Positions 15,366-25,054 of a stretch of DNA of 39,352 nt are shown piece after piece. The notes beneath the pieces are model-generated. The model was not told the origin of the DNA. It searched no databases and saw only the letters and a list, made by a program, of their open reading frames with translations. The stretch covers positions 1 through 39,352 of the IMG/VR virus record IMGVR_UViG_3300033475_000077, one strand, 5' to 3'. The translations under genes were made by a program, and so were the position numbers. Every line of letters starts with the position of its first letter. Position 1 is the stretch's first letter. Origin of the DNA: a virus (lineage: Duplodnaviria > Caudoviricetes).

Positions 15366-15844
15366 GCTGATGCTCCGGCCGGAAGGGGAAGCGGGTTGGC
15401 TGCCGGCTGCGCGGTGATCGAGGGCGGCGTTACCGGGGCAACGACAGGTGCAGCCGCAACCAGCTTCGTGTTCTGGGCAATCGCCTTATCCACGATCATG
15501 CCGGCAATAGCGCCCTCGGCCGGCTGCAGCAGGGCGACCGCATCCGGTACTTTGCCCTTGACCGACGACACCAGATCAGACGCGGCCATGACCAGGCCCG
15601 CGCGGTTCGTGGGATCGAGACGGCCGGCCTGGATGTCGGCGACGATCTTGGACGAGGCATTCTCGGCCGCCGCCTGAACGATCGCGTTGGCGCCGACGAT
15701 CATCTTCTGCGCCTCCGTCGTGCGGAGGATCGCCAGGTGCGCGCTGAGCCATTTGAGGCCCAAGCCGACGCCCGCCGTGATGGCGAGCCCGGCCGCGGTA
15801 ACCGCGCCCTCGGCGAGGGGCTGCAGGATGGGGGTCAGGTCCAT
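15362..15844 (-). CDS. Holin-like or inner-membrane lysis protein
   Basis: N-terminal TM segment; position in the lysis cassette. Confidence 0.6.
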   Translation of the reverse strand: MDLTPILQPLAEGAVTAAGLAITAGVGLGLKWLSAHLAILRTTEAQKMIVGANAIVQAAAENASSKIVADIQAGRLDPTNRAGLVMAASDLVSSVKGKVPDAVALLQPAEGAIAGMIVDKAIAQNTKLVAAAPVVAPVTPPSITAQPAANPLPLPAGASA

Positions 15845-15851
15845 ATCGCCC

Positions 15852-16238
15852 TCACGCGCTCGCCGGGGTGACGCCGTTGCCGGGCGCCGCGGTCAGGAGG
15901 TAGGTGGCAAGCGACTGGATGGCCGACGCTTCTGCGGCCTGCAGAGCGGTGTCACCAGGCGCCGCATCCGATGCGGCCACGGCCTTCTGCGCGGCGGTGA
16001 GCAGCGTGTTTGCCTTGTCGATCACGGCCTGGCTGGGATTTTTCGTATTCTTGTAGACGTTGAACGTGTCGGCCACGACGGCGAGCGCGATGTCAGCCTT
16101 GGTGCCGCCGCTCTCATAGGTGCCGAGCGCATCGGCACCCGTGGTCAGCGCGCCCTGTTCGAGCGACGTGTTCTGGTTACCGCAAGCGCCGAGGATGAGC
16201 ACGGAGCCAAGGGCGGCGATGGAAAGGAGGGTTTTCAT
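15852..16238 (-). CDS. Lipoprotein (spanin-like or accessory lysis protein)
   Basis: MKTLLSIAALGSVLILGA-C lipobox; GAGG RBS. Confidence 0.75.
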   Translation of the reverse strand: MKTLLSIAALGSVLILGACGNQNTSLEQGALTTGADALGTYESGGTKADIALAVVADTFNVYKNTKNPSQAVIDKANTLLTAAQKAVAASDAAPGDTALQAAEASAIQSLATYLLTAAPGNGVTPASA

Positions 16239-16248
16239 GGGATGGTCC

Positions 16249-16734
16249 TCAAGTGAAAGAAGCTGTTGCAGCGATGACGCGGCAAAGCCGGATGATCCAG
16301 CCGTGCCCAAATGTCGTGAAATCGATGAGTGACCGGTACCGCGCCTCGCGCAGCCAGCCGATCGTGGCGTGCAGGGTGGCGACATCCGCAACGCTCACAG
16401 CGGCCAGTGTCTTCGGCCCAATGACGCCATCGGTTGATGCGCCGACGGCGGATTGCAGCGCGCGCCGCGCCCAATCGGCACCCATATTGACCGCCGCATC
16501 GAATACGAGCCCCGCAACGCACGCCGGGAGCGAGCTGCAGTGGCATGCGTCCCAATAGTCGCGCAGGTAGATCGCCTGAGCCTGCACAAGCGTCAGGTTC
16601 GCGATATCGAGCGACGGATAAGCCGACTGCGAGATGCCGTATTTCGTTGCCCCGCCTGGGTCCGATGGGTTGTTCGTGTATCCGCCTTCAACGGCCGGCG
16701 AGACCGTGAGGCTGAATGCCTGGTCGAAGCTCAT
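16249..16734 (-). CDS. Endolysin, glycoside hydrolase family 108
   Basis: EGGY...DPGGATKYGIS...YW...FDAAVNMG...DGVIGPKT. Confidence 0.92.
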   Translation of the reverse strand: MSFDQAFSLTVSPAVEGGYTNNPSDPGGATKYGISQSAYPSLDIANLTLVQAQAIYLRDYWDACHCSSLPACVAGLVFDAAVNMGADWARRALQSAVGASTDGVIGPKTLAAVSVADVATLHATIGWLREARYRSLIDFTTFGHGWIIRLCRVIAATASFT

Positions 16735-17087
16735 GGCGACACCTTCTGCGCTGCGAGGTAGGCCCGAAGACTCCCGAGCGCGTCGATTGCGCGCTGCATC
16801 TCGACAGGTGTCGCGACGTGATCTGATGCCGATACAGGCTTCATGGCAGCTCGCGCCGCGTTGTTGAGTTTGATTAACGCATGGATATGGCCAGGCCCCG
16901 TGTGCGCCACCAGCTTGCGCTCCTGCAGCTGCAGCGACGCATACTCGGCAATCAGCGCATCCGGCCCGCGGCTATCGGGCACCGTCATAACGCGCTCAAC
17001 AGCCGGCACGGAGACGCGCTCGACAACCGGGCGGCATGCGGGAGCTGCGCAGCCACTGAGAGCCAGGAGGATGATTGCGATTCTCAC
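16731..17087 (-). CDS. Lipoprotein, o-spanin-like
   Basis: VRIAIILLALSG-C lipobox; GTGA coupling. Confidence 0.65.
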   Translation of the reverse strand: MRIAIILLALSGCAAPACRPVVERVSVPAVERVMTVPDSRGPDALIAEYASLQLQERKLVAHTGPGHIHALIKLNNAARAAMKPVSASDHVATPVEMQRAIDALGSLRAYLAAQKVSP

Positions 17088-17440
17088 TGATGCACCTTTG
17101 CCCCGGGCCAATTCTGGTTAATCAGGAATTGCATCTGAGCCTGCAGGGTCGCGATATTCTGCGTGATCGTGTTCAGCGATGCGTTAACATCATGTTGCGA
17201 CGCCTGGAGCGATTGAACCTGCGGTGCGAAGTTAGCTGCCGTGTTCGCCTGGGCTGCTTCGAGAGCCTGCACGCGAGAGGGCAGATTGCTCATCGCCGCG
17301 ATCGAGGACTGCAGCCCGTCAACCTTGTCGATCAGACCGTAGATGCCGCCGATGAGCACAATGAGGCCGATGATCACCGGCCACATCTTCGAGATGCCAT
17401 CAACTGTGCTCCAGAATGCACCCGAAGCCTTCTCAGCCAT
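17084..17440 (-). CDS. Single-TM coiled-coil protein (i-spanin or holin-like)
   Basis: WPVIIGLIVLIGGIYGLI followed by heptads. Confidence 0.65.
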   Translation of the reverse strand: MAEKASGAFWSTVDGISKMWPVIIGLIVLIGGIYGLIDKVDGLQSSIAAMSNLPSRVQALEAAQANTAANFAPQVQSLQASQHDVNASLNTITQNIATLQAQMQFLINQNWPGAKVHQ

Positions 17441-17497
17441 CGTTCGTCTCCAGTGGGTGCGTAGTGGCGCGGCGAGGGCGACCGTCATGGTGAGGGC

Positions 17498-17749
17498 TCA
17501 TTTTGCCTTCTGGCCTGGCTTCTTGGCCGGTACTTTCAACGCATCGATCTGCTTCTGCAGATCGGCGATCTTCTGCTGATCTTCGAGCAGTCCGGCGGTG
17601 GCCAACGTAAGCTGATCAGCCTGCGCCTGGGACTGAGCATGCAGGGCCTGGATGATTGCCTGCGGGGATGGACCCTGCGATTGCGGAGCACTCTGCGCCA
17701 ATGCGGGTGTTGCGAGCAGAAGAGCGACGAGGGGGAGATATTTGAACAC
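17498..17749 (-). CDS. Signal-peptide-bearing coiled-coil protein (putative fibre chaperone)
   Basis: MFKYLPLVALLLATPALA-Q; AAGGA RBS; immediately after the spike gene. Confidence 0.7.
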   Translation of the reverse strand: MFKYLPLVALLLATPALAQSAPQSQGPSPQAIIQALHAQSQAQADQLTLATAGLLEDQQKIADLQKQIDALKVPAKKPGQKAK

Positions 17750-17758
17750 GTGATTTCC

Positions 17759-19888
17759 TTACTGACAGGCGGGCACATAGAACGTGCCGCTTTGCCCGGT
17801 GATTGAGATTGGCACCCACCTCTCAGTGGTAAGGCCGGTGCAGGGTGAGTTTGTGAAGGTCTGGGCGCCTGCGCCGGTCGTGGATGAGGCGAGTGTGACC
17901 TGCCCACCCATCGTGATCGCGCCGCCGCTCGGGTTGAGTTGCAAAGAATTTGCCAGCGTCCATGTCGTTGCGACGACGGCATTCGTCCCGCCGTTTGGCA
18001 TAGCAAAACTGATTGATGTCGGGGGCGAAGATGCAACGACCCCCGGGGTTGTTATGGACAGGCCGCCAGAGGCAATCGCGCTCCCACTGCAGGCGGTGAC
18101 CGTCAATACCGTTCCGGTCGACTTATCTTCTAAGTTCCAGCCGACAAAGCATCCGGCGCCCCCGCTAGTTACAGTTACGCCAGAGAGCTTATAAAGGTGA
18201 GAATCCAGCGCAGCCCCCGTCGTGGTCATCTCGAAATCAGCCGACCCCACGCGAATATCGCCGCTATCATACATGCTGATGTTTCGAGATAGCCAAGAAC
18301 GATCGGACCACGAAGCATCGAATAGATCCACACCCCTAACACCAACCGGCTGCTTAAGTATTGTCAAAGTCGAAGACAGGGTCTGCCTATTTACAGAAAA
18401 CGCTTCACCATTTGACGAAGCCAGGGGGAATGCCTCACCAGAATCTCCTACAGAATATCCGTTCGCCCATCCTGGGGCCGCTGACGTATCCGCCTGACGA
18501 ACGAGGAATGCAGCATCGAACAAACCCCCTTGCGCAGTGTCGGCAGCTGAAGATCCGACGGAGATTCCAACTTTAGTATTTGAGCTAGCCCCTGACTCAA
18601 GGTTCATGTCCACTTCATACCCGAGCATGCCTTGCTTGTAGGTAGCGCCAGAGTTCAACGTGGTTACTGTATTCAGCGCCCAAATATAGCCAGCCGGGGC
18701 CGATGATGTGCCCCCATCGTTGTATGACGATACCGCTGCTATCGTGGCGCCCACCTGGGCATTCTGAAAGCCGGTTAACCCACTGTCATAAGGTCCTATC
18801 TGCACCGACCTAATGTTGATCGCGCTTCTTGACCCCTGCGTTCCAGTGCCGCCGAAGTCTTGCTCCAGATACAGGCCAGACTCAATAGCATTCGGCCCGG
18901 TAACATTGTCTCCGTTTACTACAATTCTATTGTATCCGAGAGCAGAAGACCCGGAGTAAGACCCGGTTGCTGAAGATGTCGAATAGAGAGGCATCAACGT
19001 TGAAACGGATGGGCTGGACCCACTCCACGTAAATGTGGACCCATTTCCTAATTGGAAAACGCCAGCCTGACCTGGGGATGACAACCGAACGACTCCAGTG
19101 CCGGCGCCTATCAGTTGCAGAGTCCGATTTGTCGCAGTTCCAGCCGCTGAGATTATCGCGGTTCCGCCGGTTCCGCCTTGGAATCCCGCCCATGCGGTCG
19201 AGGTTCCGCCAGCATCCAAGAACTGCGCAATAGTCCCCGAATTCCCGGTTTTAATCGAGATAGCGGACGATCCCAGAGATGACAGGCTTAATGGAGCGTT
19301 TCCGCTACCTCCAACTCCGATAGCTCCGGCACTAATGGTTATCGGGTTTGTCGTACCAAATTGACTAGTTCCAGAAAATGCAGCGGTGGTGCCATTGACT
19401 CCACCCGTCAGCGTCCCACCCGTCAGCGGCAGAAGCCCACTCGTCTGGCTCGCCGGGATCGTGGGAAGCTGGGAGAGGGTCGCGGTGCCGGACAGGTTGC
19501 CGAACGCGGGCTGCGCAAATTGCGGAGCGCCCGCAGTAGAGACGCCGGTCTGGAATTGGTTCGTGGGGGCTGTTGCCGCCATCACGCCGCCCCGGACCGT
19601 TGCGGATGGGGGCTGCAGGTTGCCCGAAGCGTCCAGCGACGCAACGCCGCTCGGCGCGCCGACGCGGGAGGTGTCTACCTTCGTGCCGAGCACCTGGTTC
19701 AGGCCGGGGCGCCCGTAGCAGTTCGGCGAGCCAGTGTCAGCGCAAAGGATCTGTCCGGATTGGAACGGCCCCAGGGTCTGAGCCCAGGCCGAGAGGGGCA
19801 CGAATACCGCTATCGCACCGAAACAAATGGCGCTAAGATGGCGGCTCACTTTTCGGAGCGCCAGATTGGCCCTGATTGTCCTGCTCAT
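17759..19888 (-). CDS. Tailspike / receptor-binding fibre with predicted signal peptide (alternative start GTG 19849)
   Basis: GAPSGVASLDASG and LPLTGGTLTG fibre motifs, G/S/T-rich beta region, WVPISITG..FYVPAC tip; P22 gene 9 position. Confidence 0.8.
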   Translation of the reverse strand: MSRTIRANLALRKVSRHLSAICFGAIAVFVPLSAWAQTLGPFQSGQILCADTGSPNCYGRPGLNQVLGTKVDTSRVGAPSGVASLDASGNLQPPSATVRGGVMAATAPTNQFQTGVSTAGAPQFAQPAFGNLSGTATLSQLPTIPASQTSGLLPLTGGTLTGGVNGTTAAFSGTSQFGTTNPITISAGAIGVGGSGNAPLSLSSLGSSAISIKTGNSGTIAQFLDAGGTSTAWAGFQGGTGGTAIISAAGTATNRTLQLIGAGTGVVRLSSPGQAGVFQLGNGSTFTWSGSSPSVSTLMPLYSTSSATGSYSGSSALGYNRIVVNGDNVTGPNAIESGLYLEQDFGGTGTQGSRSAINIRSVQIGPYDSGLTGFQNAQVGATIAAVSSYNDGGTSSAPAGYIWALNTVTTLNSGATYKQGMLGYEVDMNLESGASSNTKVGISVGSSAADTAQGGLFDAAFLVRQADTSAAPGWANGYSVGDSGEAFPLASSNGEAFSVNRQTLSSTLTILKQPVGVRGVDLFDASWSDRSWLSRNISMYDSGDIRVGSADFEMTTTGAALDSHLYKLSGVTVTSGGAGCFVGWNLEDKSTGTVLTVTACSGSAIASGGLSITTPGVVASSPPTSISFAMPNGGTNAVVATTWTLANSLQLNPSGGAITMGGQVTLASSTTGAGAQTFTNSPCTGLTTERWVPISITGQSGTFYVPACQ

Positions 19889-20207
19889 CGTCGGTCTGGT
19901 TGCCCTGTGGCTTTGGGTGAGAGCTAACCCCCTCGGCGCGTTGGGGGTCTTCCTGGCCGAAATATTTCTATTCGGCCCCGCTGCTCACCCGGGCTGGTCG
20001 TGGTCAAACCCAGACGATGAATGGCTTATAGCAGGATTTGCCGCCGTCGCACTAGCGCCAATTCTCCTGAAGGCGCTTGCAATCTACCTGCACAGTGAGC
20101 AGAACGCGCGCCGACTCATCAACCGATCGCTGCCCCGCGACGCGGAATTCAGCGAGCCGCTAGTTTCCCTGCGGTCCACCAAGGCGAGCAGCAAGCGGAA
20201 CGACTGA
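19866..20207 (+). CDS. Multi-TM membrane protein, moron or Sie-like (alternative start ATG 19827)
   Basis: Three hydrophobic segments; GGAG before TTG 19866; opposite strand between the ejection and spike genes. Confidence 0.55.
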   Translation: MALIVLLIVGLVALWLWVRANPLGALGVFLAEIFLFGPAAHPGWSWSNPDDEWLIAGFAAVALAPILLKALAIYLHSEQNARRLINRSLPRDAEFSEPLVSLRSTKASSKRND

Positions 20208-22448
20208 TCCGTAACCTGCCCCCGACAGAATATTCCCCATAAACCCGCTGCTCGGGTTCTGAGCATTCAGCGACCGGCGCAAAAGAGCCTCGGCAACCGG
20301 CCGGCTGTTCAGAATTGCCGACACACCGCGGCCACCGGCGATCTGCGCAGGGATGCGCGCCAGGATAGCGGCGCCCTCGGTCGGGTGGCCCATCAGCATC
20401 GCGCCAATGCCTCCTGCGCCCTCCAGAAGCTGCTCAGCACCAAGGTAGCGCTCGGCGGTGCCTGAGCTTCGCGTGGGCTTGAGGAACGTCTGCCCGATCG
20501 CCGCAAGCTCGCCGAGATCGCCGGCGCCCTGAAATGCGCGGTTCTTGAAGCTCGACTGCACGGCGCCCTGCAGCAACGCAGGAGAAAGCACGCCTCCCGA
20601 GGCTTCGGCTTTGGCCGCGAGCGGCGCCACGGTCATCATGTTCTTGTACTGCAACCGCGTCTGCTGCAGCTGCGTTGCCAGGTCGGTCTGGCCGGAAGCC
20701 GCAAGAGACCGCTCCATGGCGTCATCGAGCGCGCTGCGGATCTGCTGGGCGTAATAGGCGATATTCGGATCGCGGGAATTGCTGAGCCGGCTGAGCGGCG
20801 CGTTCTTAGCCGTGAGAGCCTGATAGCTCTGGCCGCTGATCGAGGCATTGCCATCGACTGCGCTTAGCACGTCATCGATCTGAGAGTTGATCGGGGCCTG
20901 CTCACTGGACGGCAAAACCTTCGCCGCATCGCTCTGAACGCCGATGAGATCGTTGACGAACTGATTGTCAGCATTGATCGTCGTCTTTGCCGCGATGCTG
21001 TCAAATGCCTGGCCGAGCTTGTCCTTGGCGGCCTGCATCACATCCGGAGTAAGGTGCGTGGCATCGGCTCCGAACGTGCCGCCAACTGCCCTGGTAAAGG
21101 CTTCCTGCTGCGCCTCGTTCCGCGCCGCGCCGGTATAGCCGAGGGTATCCGCCGCGCTGCTCAGGAACTTCGTGCTGGCATTGTCGCTCATCTGGGGCGC
21201 CGTCAGCGGGATTTTGTATTTGTTCATTGCAAGGTCGGCGAGGTTGGCCTGCGTCGGCGCAATCGTGCCGCCCGTCACGGCCCGGCCAACGGCTCCCGCG
21301 CCGGCCGCCAGGGTCGCAGCGATGGGTCCTAGAACGGCTCCTGTTTCAGCCCCCTGCGTAATGCCCTGGCCGACACTCTGCCCGCTTCCGCCAGATGCCA
21401 GGCCCCCAGCAGCCCCACCGGCAAGCGCGCCGGCTCCTGCCGCTTGAGCGCCCCCTGCAAGGAGGCGCCCGATCACAGGGACGGACCGCACGGCGTTGCC
21501 CGCCCCCGATAGGACCGACCCAATGCCAGTAGCATCCGCAGCTGCTCCGAGCGCCGGGCCGCCGACGGCGAGGGCCGGGGCTGTGACGGCAACATTGCCT
21601 GCGATGCGCCCGATCTGCGCGGGGGTGCTGTCACCATATTGCTGCTGGAAGTTCGCGCGCCCCGCGGCGTCCTGCTGCTCGATCTGAGTATTCATCTCTG
21701 GCGTGCGGCCAAAGCCCGTCGGGTGCCCGGCTACAGCGCTTGAAAGGGAGTTCGCCGCGGTGTCGAGCGCCTGCGCGCCGGGGATATTCTTGTCGCCCCA
21801 GGCCACCACATTATCGAGGGTGTCGCCGACATCCTTCGCCCCGCGCATGAAGCCCGATCCGAGCTGATCGAGCATCCCCGGCGGGGCGGCCGCGGCGACC
21901 GCCTTCGGCTGGGGGTTGGCGAGATCGGGGAACATCTGGCTGAAGGCCGGCGCAGTCTGCGGCGCGGCAGTTTCAGAGGACTTCGCAAGCTCAGGGAACA
22001 TTTGGCTGAAGGCGGGAGAACTCGCGCTGGTCAACGGCACATCTGATGCCCCATTGGCGGCCATCTGCGCACCCGAGTTCGCCGGCGGCTGGGCGTTGCC
22101 ATAGGCGCCGGCCACCTTGCCAACATAGGCTTGCGTCTCGGGGTTCTGCCAATTCGCCTGATCATAGCCACCGTTATAGGCGCGCAAGGCATCCGGCACG
22201 TTGCCGAATTTGTCGAGATTTTGGCTGAGAACTTCCGCCGTCCCCATGATGTTCTGCGCCGGGTCGGTCGGGTCGATGCCCAAAGCCTTCGCAGTCGCTG
22301 GCATGATCTGCCCGAGGCCGATCGCGCCTGCTTTAGAGACGGCGGCCGGGTTCCATGAACTTTCCGTCTGGATCACGGCCGAGATCAGCTTCGGGTCGAC
22401 GTTGTATTTCTGCGCCGCCTGGTCGATGAGCGAGGAATAATCTGTCAT
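20160..22448 (-). CDS. DNA ejection protein with N-terminal lytic transglycosylase (gp16-like position)
   Basis: VIQTESSWNPAAVSKAGAIGLGQIMP...ALRAYNGG...ETQAYV SLT motifs. Confidence 0.88.
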   Translation of the reverse strand: MTDYSSLIDQAAQKYNVDPKLISAVIQTESSWNPAAVSKAGAIGLGQIMPATAKALGIDPTDPAQNIMGTAEVLSQNLDKFGNVPDALRAYNGGYDQANWQNPETQAYVGKVAGAYGNAQPPANSGAQMAANGASDVPLTSASSPAFSQMFPELAKSSETAAPQTAPAFSQMFPDLANPQPKAVAAAAPPGMLDQLGSGFMRGAKDVGDTLDNVVAWGDKNIPGAQALDTAANSLSSAVAGHPTGFGRTPEMNTQIEQQDAAGRANFQQQYGDSTPAQIGRIAGNVAVTAPALAVGGPALGAAADATGIGSVLSGAGNAVRSVPVIGRLLAGGAQAAGAGALAGGAAGGLASGGSGQSVGQGITQGAETGAVLGPIAATLAAGAGAVGRAVTGGTIAPTQANLADLAMNKYKIPLTAPQMSDNASTKFLSSAADTLGYTGAARNEAQQEAFTRAVGGTFGADATHLTPDVMQAAKDKLGQAFDSIAAKTTINADNQFVNDLIGVQSDAAKVLPSSEQAPINSQIDDVLSAVDGNASISGQSYQALTAKNAPLSRLSNSRDPNIAYYAQQIRSALDDAMERSLAASGQTDLATQLQQTRLQYKNMMTVAPLAAKAEASGGVLSPALLQGAVQSSFKNRAFQGAGDLGELAAIGQTFLKPTRSSGTAERYLGAEQLLEGAGGIGAMLMGHPTEGAAILARIPAQIAGGRGVSAILNSRPVAEALLRRSLNAQNPSSGFMGNILSGAGYGSVVPLAARLGGPQGN

Positions 22449-24028
22449 TGCGCGGTCGGCACCGAAGGAGGTGTCCCGATCGGTACAGCTGCAGGCACAA
22501 CGGCGGCTGCCGGCGCTGCGCTTGCGGTTGGCTGCGCTGCTCCGACCTGGGAGAACATCCCGGCATCAGACATCTTCTGCACATCGGCCTTGAACTGGTT
22601 CTGCTCGGCCGGCGTCATCGCCGACCAGGTAGAAGCGCGCTCCTCCGGCGTCATTTGCTGCATCTGGAAGGCCCGGGGGTCGAAATACTTCGATGTGTCG
22701 GCCACGAATTTCTGATAGCTCGCCGGGCCGTTGGCTTGCTGGTAGCTCTGCGCCGCCTGGTTCCAAGCGCCGATCGCATCCTGATTGCCGAGCAGCACAT
22801 GAATGATCTGCTGGTTGCCTGGAACCGAAAGGTGCGGGTTCGGATTTGCCTGCATCGAAGCCTCAAGCTTCTCGTTCGTGCCCGCACCCATCTGCCCGGC
22901 CTGCGCCAGCGCGATCTGGTTGCCGAGCTTCGCGAAGTTTTCGGCGCTCGCAACGCCCTTGGCGTCGATGTTGGTGCCGAACGCGCGATTGATGGAGGCA
23001 ACCGCGGTGCGCCATTCGACGTTGCCGGGGCCCGACGCAAAGCTCTGGAGGTCTCCCGCCATGTTCTGCAGAAGCGCCTTGTTCGCCGGCACGTTCGCAG
23101 CGTTCTGCGCGATCTCGTTGTACTGCTGCGCCGAGAATTTGCCCTCCTCCTCCATCGCCGGCTGCTGGCCGACGGGAAGGCCCATGGCGATACCGCCGCC
23201 CGGTGTTGCGTTCGCGCCCGGGGTCGGATACCGGCCATTCCCAAAGGGACCGGCCGGCTGCGCGGCGTTTACGAACTGCTGACGCGTTCCCATGATCGGC
23301 TGTCCCGTCTGGGGATCGGTGCCGATCTGGGTCGGCGCCGTCGCCTCGCTCGGCGAGAGCGTGTTGTCGGCCACCAGGGAGGGCTTGAATTGCCCCGTCA
23401 GCGGGCTCTCGGCCCCCATGACCTGCTTGCCTCCCAGATTAAGGGTCTGGATTTGCCCCGCGAGATACTGCTGGTTCTGTAGGACAGTCCCGTATTGCTT
23501 CTGCACCCAAGACTGCAGCGGCGCGCCGTCCGTCTGCGGCATCGAGGCGCTGAACTGCGCGGCCTCCTGCGGGCTGATGATGCCGTTGTTGATGGCATCG
23601 CCCAACCGCGAATAGACATCGTTGCGCGTGATGTTCTGGCCCATCGGCACCAGCGAGCCGAGTTCGGTCGCGGTATAGCTCGTGCGCTTGAGCGCCTGAT
23701 CAAGCTGAATGCCCTGGATCTGAAGCTGCTGCGCCTGCCGGGCCTGCGCCGACGCGGCGACGTCTCCGGCCAGATAGGCGGCCTTCGGATTCTGCGCGAC
23801 ATTCGCCAGCAGGGCCTGCGTATTCAGCTGGCCGGTTTGCGGGTCGATGCTCTGCCGATAGGCCTGGCCGATCGCCTGGCGCGCGTCCAGCGTCTGCTGG
23901 TTCTGCTGATTGCCGATGAGCAGGTTCTGCAGCTGCGCATACTGGCCGAGCGTCTGCAGCGGGCTCGTTTGTGGCTGCTGAACCTGCGGGACCCTGACGT
24001 TGAGAGCAGGGAAGGCGCCCTGTGCCAT
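22445..24028 (-). CDS. DNA ejection protein (gp20-like position)
   Basis: Q/A-rich helical protein between the gp7-like and gp16-like genes. Confidence 0.7.
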   Translation of the reverse strand: MAQGAFPALNVRVPQVQQPQTSPLQTLGQYAQLQNLLIGNQQNQQTLDARQAIGQAYRQSIDPQTGQLNTQALLANVAQNPKAAYLAGDVAASAQARQAQQLQIQGIQLDQALKRTSYTATELGSLVPMGQNITRNDVYSRLGDAINNGIISPQEAAQFSASMPQTDGAPLQSWVQKQYGTVLQNQQYLAGQIQTLNLGGKQVMGAESPLTGQFKPSLVADNTLSPSEATAPTQIGTDPQTGQPIMGTRQQFVNAAQPAGPFGNGRYPTPGANATPGGGIAMGLPVGQQPAMEEEGKFSAQQYNEIAQNAANVPANKALLQNMAGDLQSFASGPGNVEWRTAVASINRAFGTNIDAKGVASAENFAKLGNQIALAQAGQMGAGTNEKLEASMQANPNPHLSVPGNQQIIHVLLGNQDAIGAWNQAAQSYQQANGPASYQKFVADTSKYFDPRAFQMQQMTPEERASTWSAMTPAEQNQFKADVQKMSDAGMFSQVGAAQPTASAAPAAAVVPAAVPIGTPPSVPTAQ

Positions 24029-24040
24029 GTCCTTCGATCC

Positions 24041-25054
24041 TTAATAGAGGCCGCCGACGGCCGGCTGCGTCATGGCGCCTGTGCCGCCCAGCAACTTCTG
24101 CAGCAGCAGAGACTGCGTGAGGCTGCTCCCGAGGCCCGAGACGCTGCTACCGATCGCGCTCAAGCCCGCGTTCTGCGCATTGGCCGCACCAACCGTTCCG
24201 CTTGCCTGCGCATTGCCCACACCCGTCACATCGCCATTCAGGCCGGCCATGGTGTTGGTCGCCGCGTTCGCATAGGTGTTGGCGGCATTCTCGCCCAGCT
24301 GCGCGCCGGACAGGAGCTGCGCGAAATTCTGGTTGTTGGTGTCGAGAGCCGATGCCTGCTGATTGATGGAGGAATTGGCGAGGCCATTATAGCCGGAGCC
24401 CTGGTTGATGTATCCGGAGCCAACGCCGAGTTCGTTTTGAGCGGAATTCTGGTAGCCGCTCGCGGACTGCAGCATCAGATTGGCCTGGTTCTGATAGGTC
24501 TGATCCGCCAGGCCGGTCGCGTAGGTGGCGGCCCCCTTAAGCGCCGCGCCGGACGACCCCAGCCCCCGCGCGGCCGCGCTGTTTTGCGTGCTCTCCAGGC
24601 CCTGCCCGAGGGTGAACTGATACCCCGGCGTGTTCTCCAGCGTCTGTTCGCTGATGCCGTTCTGCAACTGGCCATAGATGCTGTTGGCCGAGTTCACATC
24701 GCCGGTGGCAGCCTGATAGGCGCCGGTGGCGTTCCCGTAGGAGTTGGCAGCATTGCCCAGGTAGCCGGTCGCGTTGTTGAGGTAATCGGTGCCGGTCTGG
24801 TAGGTCCCGTTCTGCAGCGCCTGTTGCGTCAGCGCAGTACCCCAGACGCCTTCATTCGTGTAGGGCGTAAGCGCACCGGCAACATTGCTGAGCGTCTGAA
24901 CGTCCAGGCCAGCCGCGTTGTTGTATGCAGCCGCCTGCTGAGACGCTGCGGTCTTGGCAGCCCCTGCAGCGTTGCTGGCGCCCATGGCGCCGGTGATGCC
25001 CGATACTGCCGCGCCGGCGACGCCCGCGCCGATGGCTGCGCCTGCGAGGCCCAT
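24041..25054 (-). CDS. DNA ejection / pilot protein (P22 gp7-like)
   Basis: Gly/Ala hydrophobic N-terminus; TPGYQF...QNSAAARGL..SGAALK motif. Confidence 0.85.
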   Translation of the reverse strand: MGLAGAAIGAGVAGAAVSGITGAMGASNAAGAAKTAASQQAAAYNNAAGLDVQTLSNVAGALTPYTNEGVWGTALTQQALQNGTYQTGTDYLNNATGYLGNAANSYGNATGAYQAATGDVNSANSIYGQLQNGISEQTLENTPGYQFTLGQGLESTQNSAAARGLGSSGAALKGAATYATGLADQTYQNQANLMLQSASGYQNSAQNELGVGSGYINQGSGYNGLANSSINQQASALDTNNQNFAQLLSGAQLGENAANTYANAATNTMAGLNGDVTGVGNAQASGTVGAANAQNAGLSAIGSSVSGLGSSLTQSLLLQKLLGGTGAMTQPAVGGLY

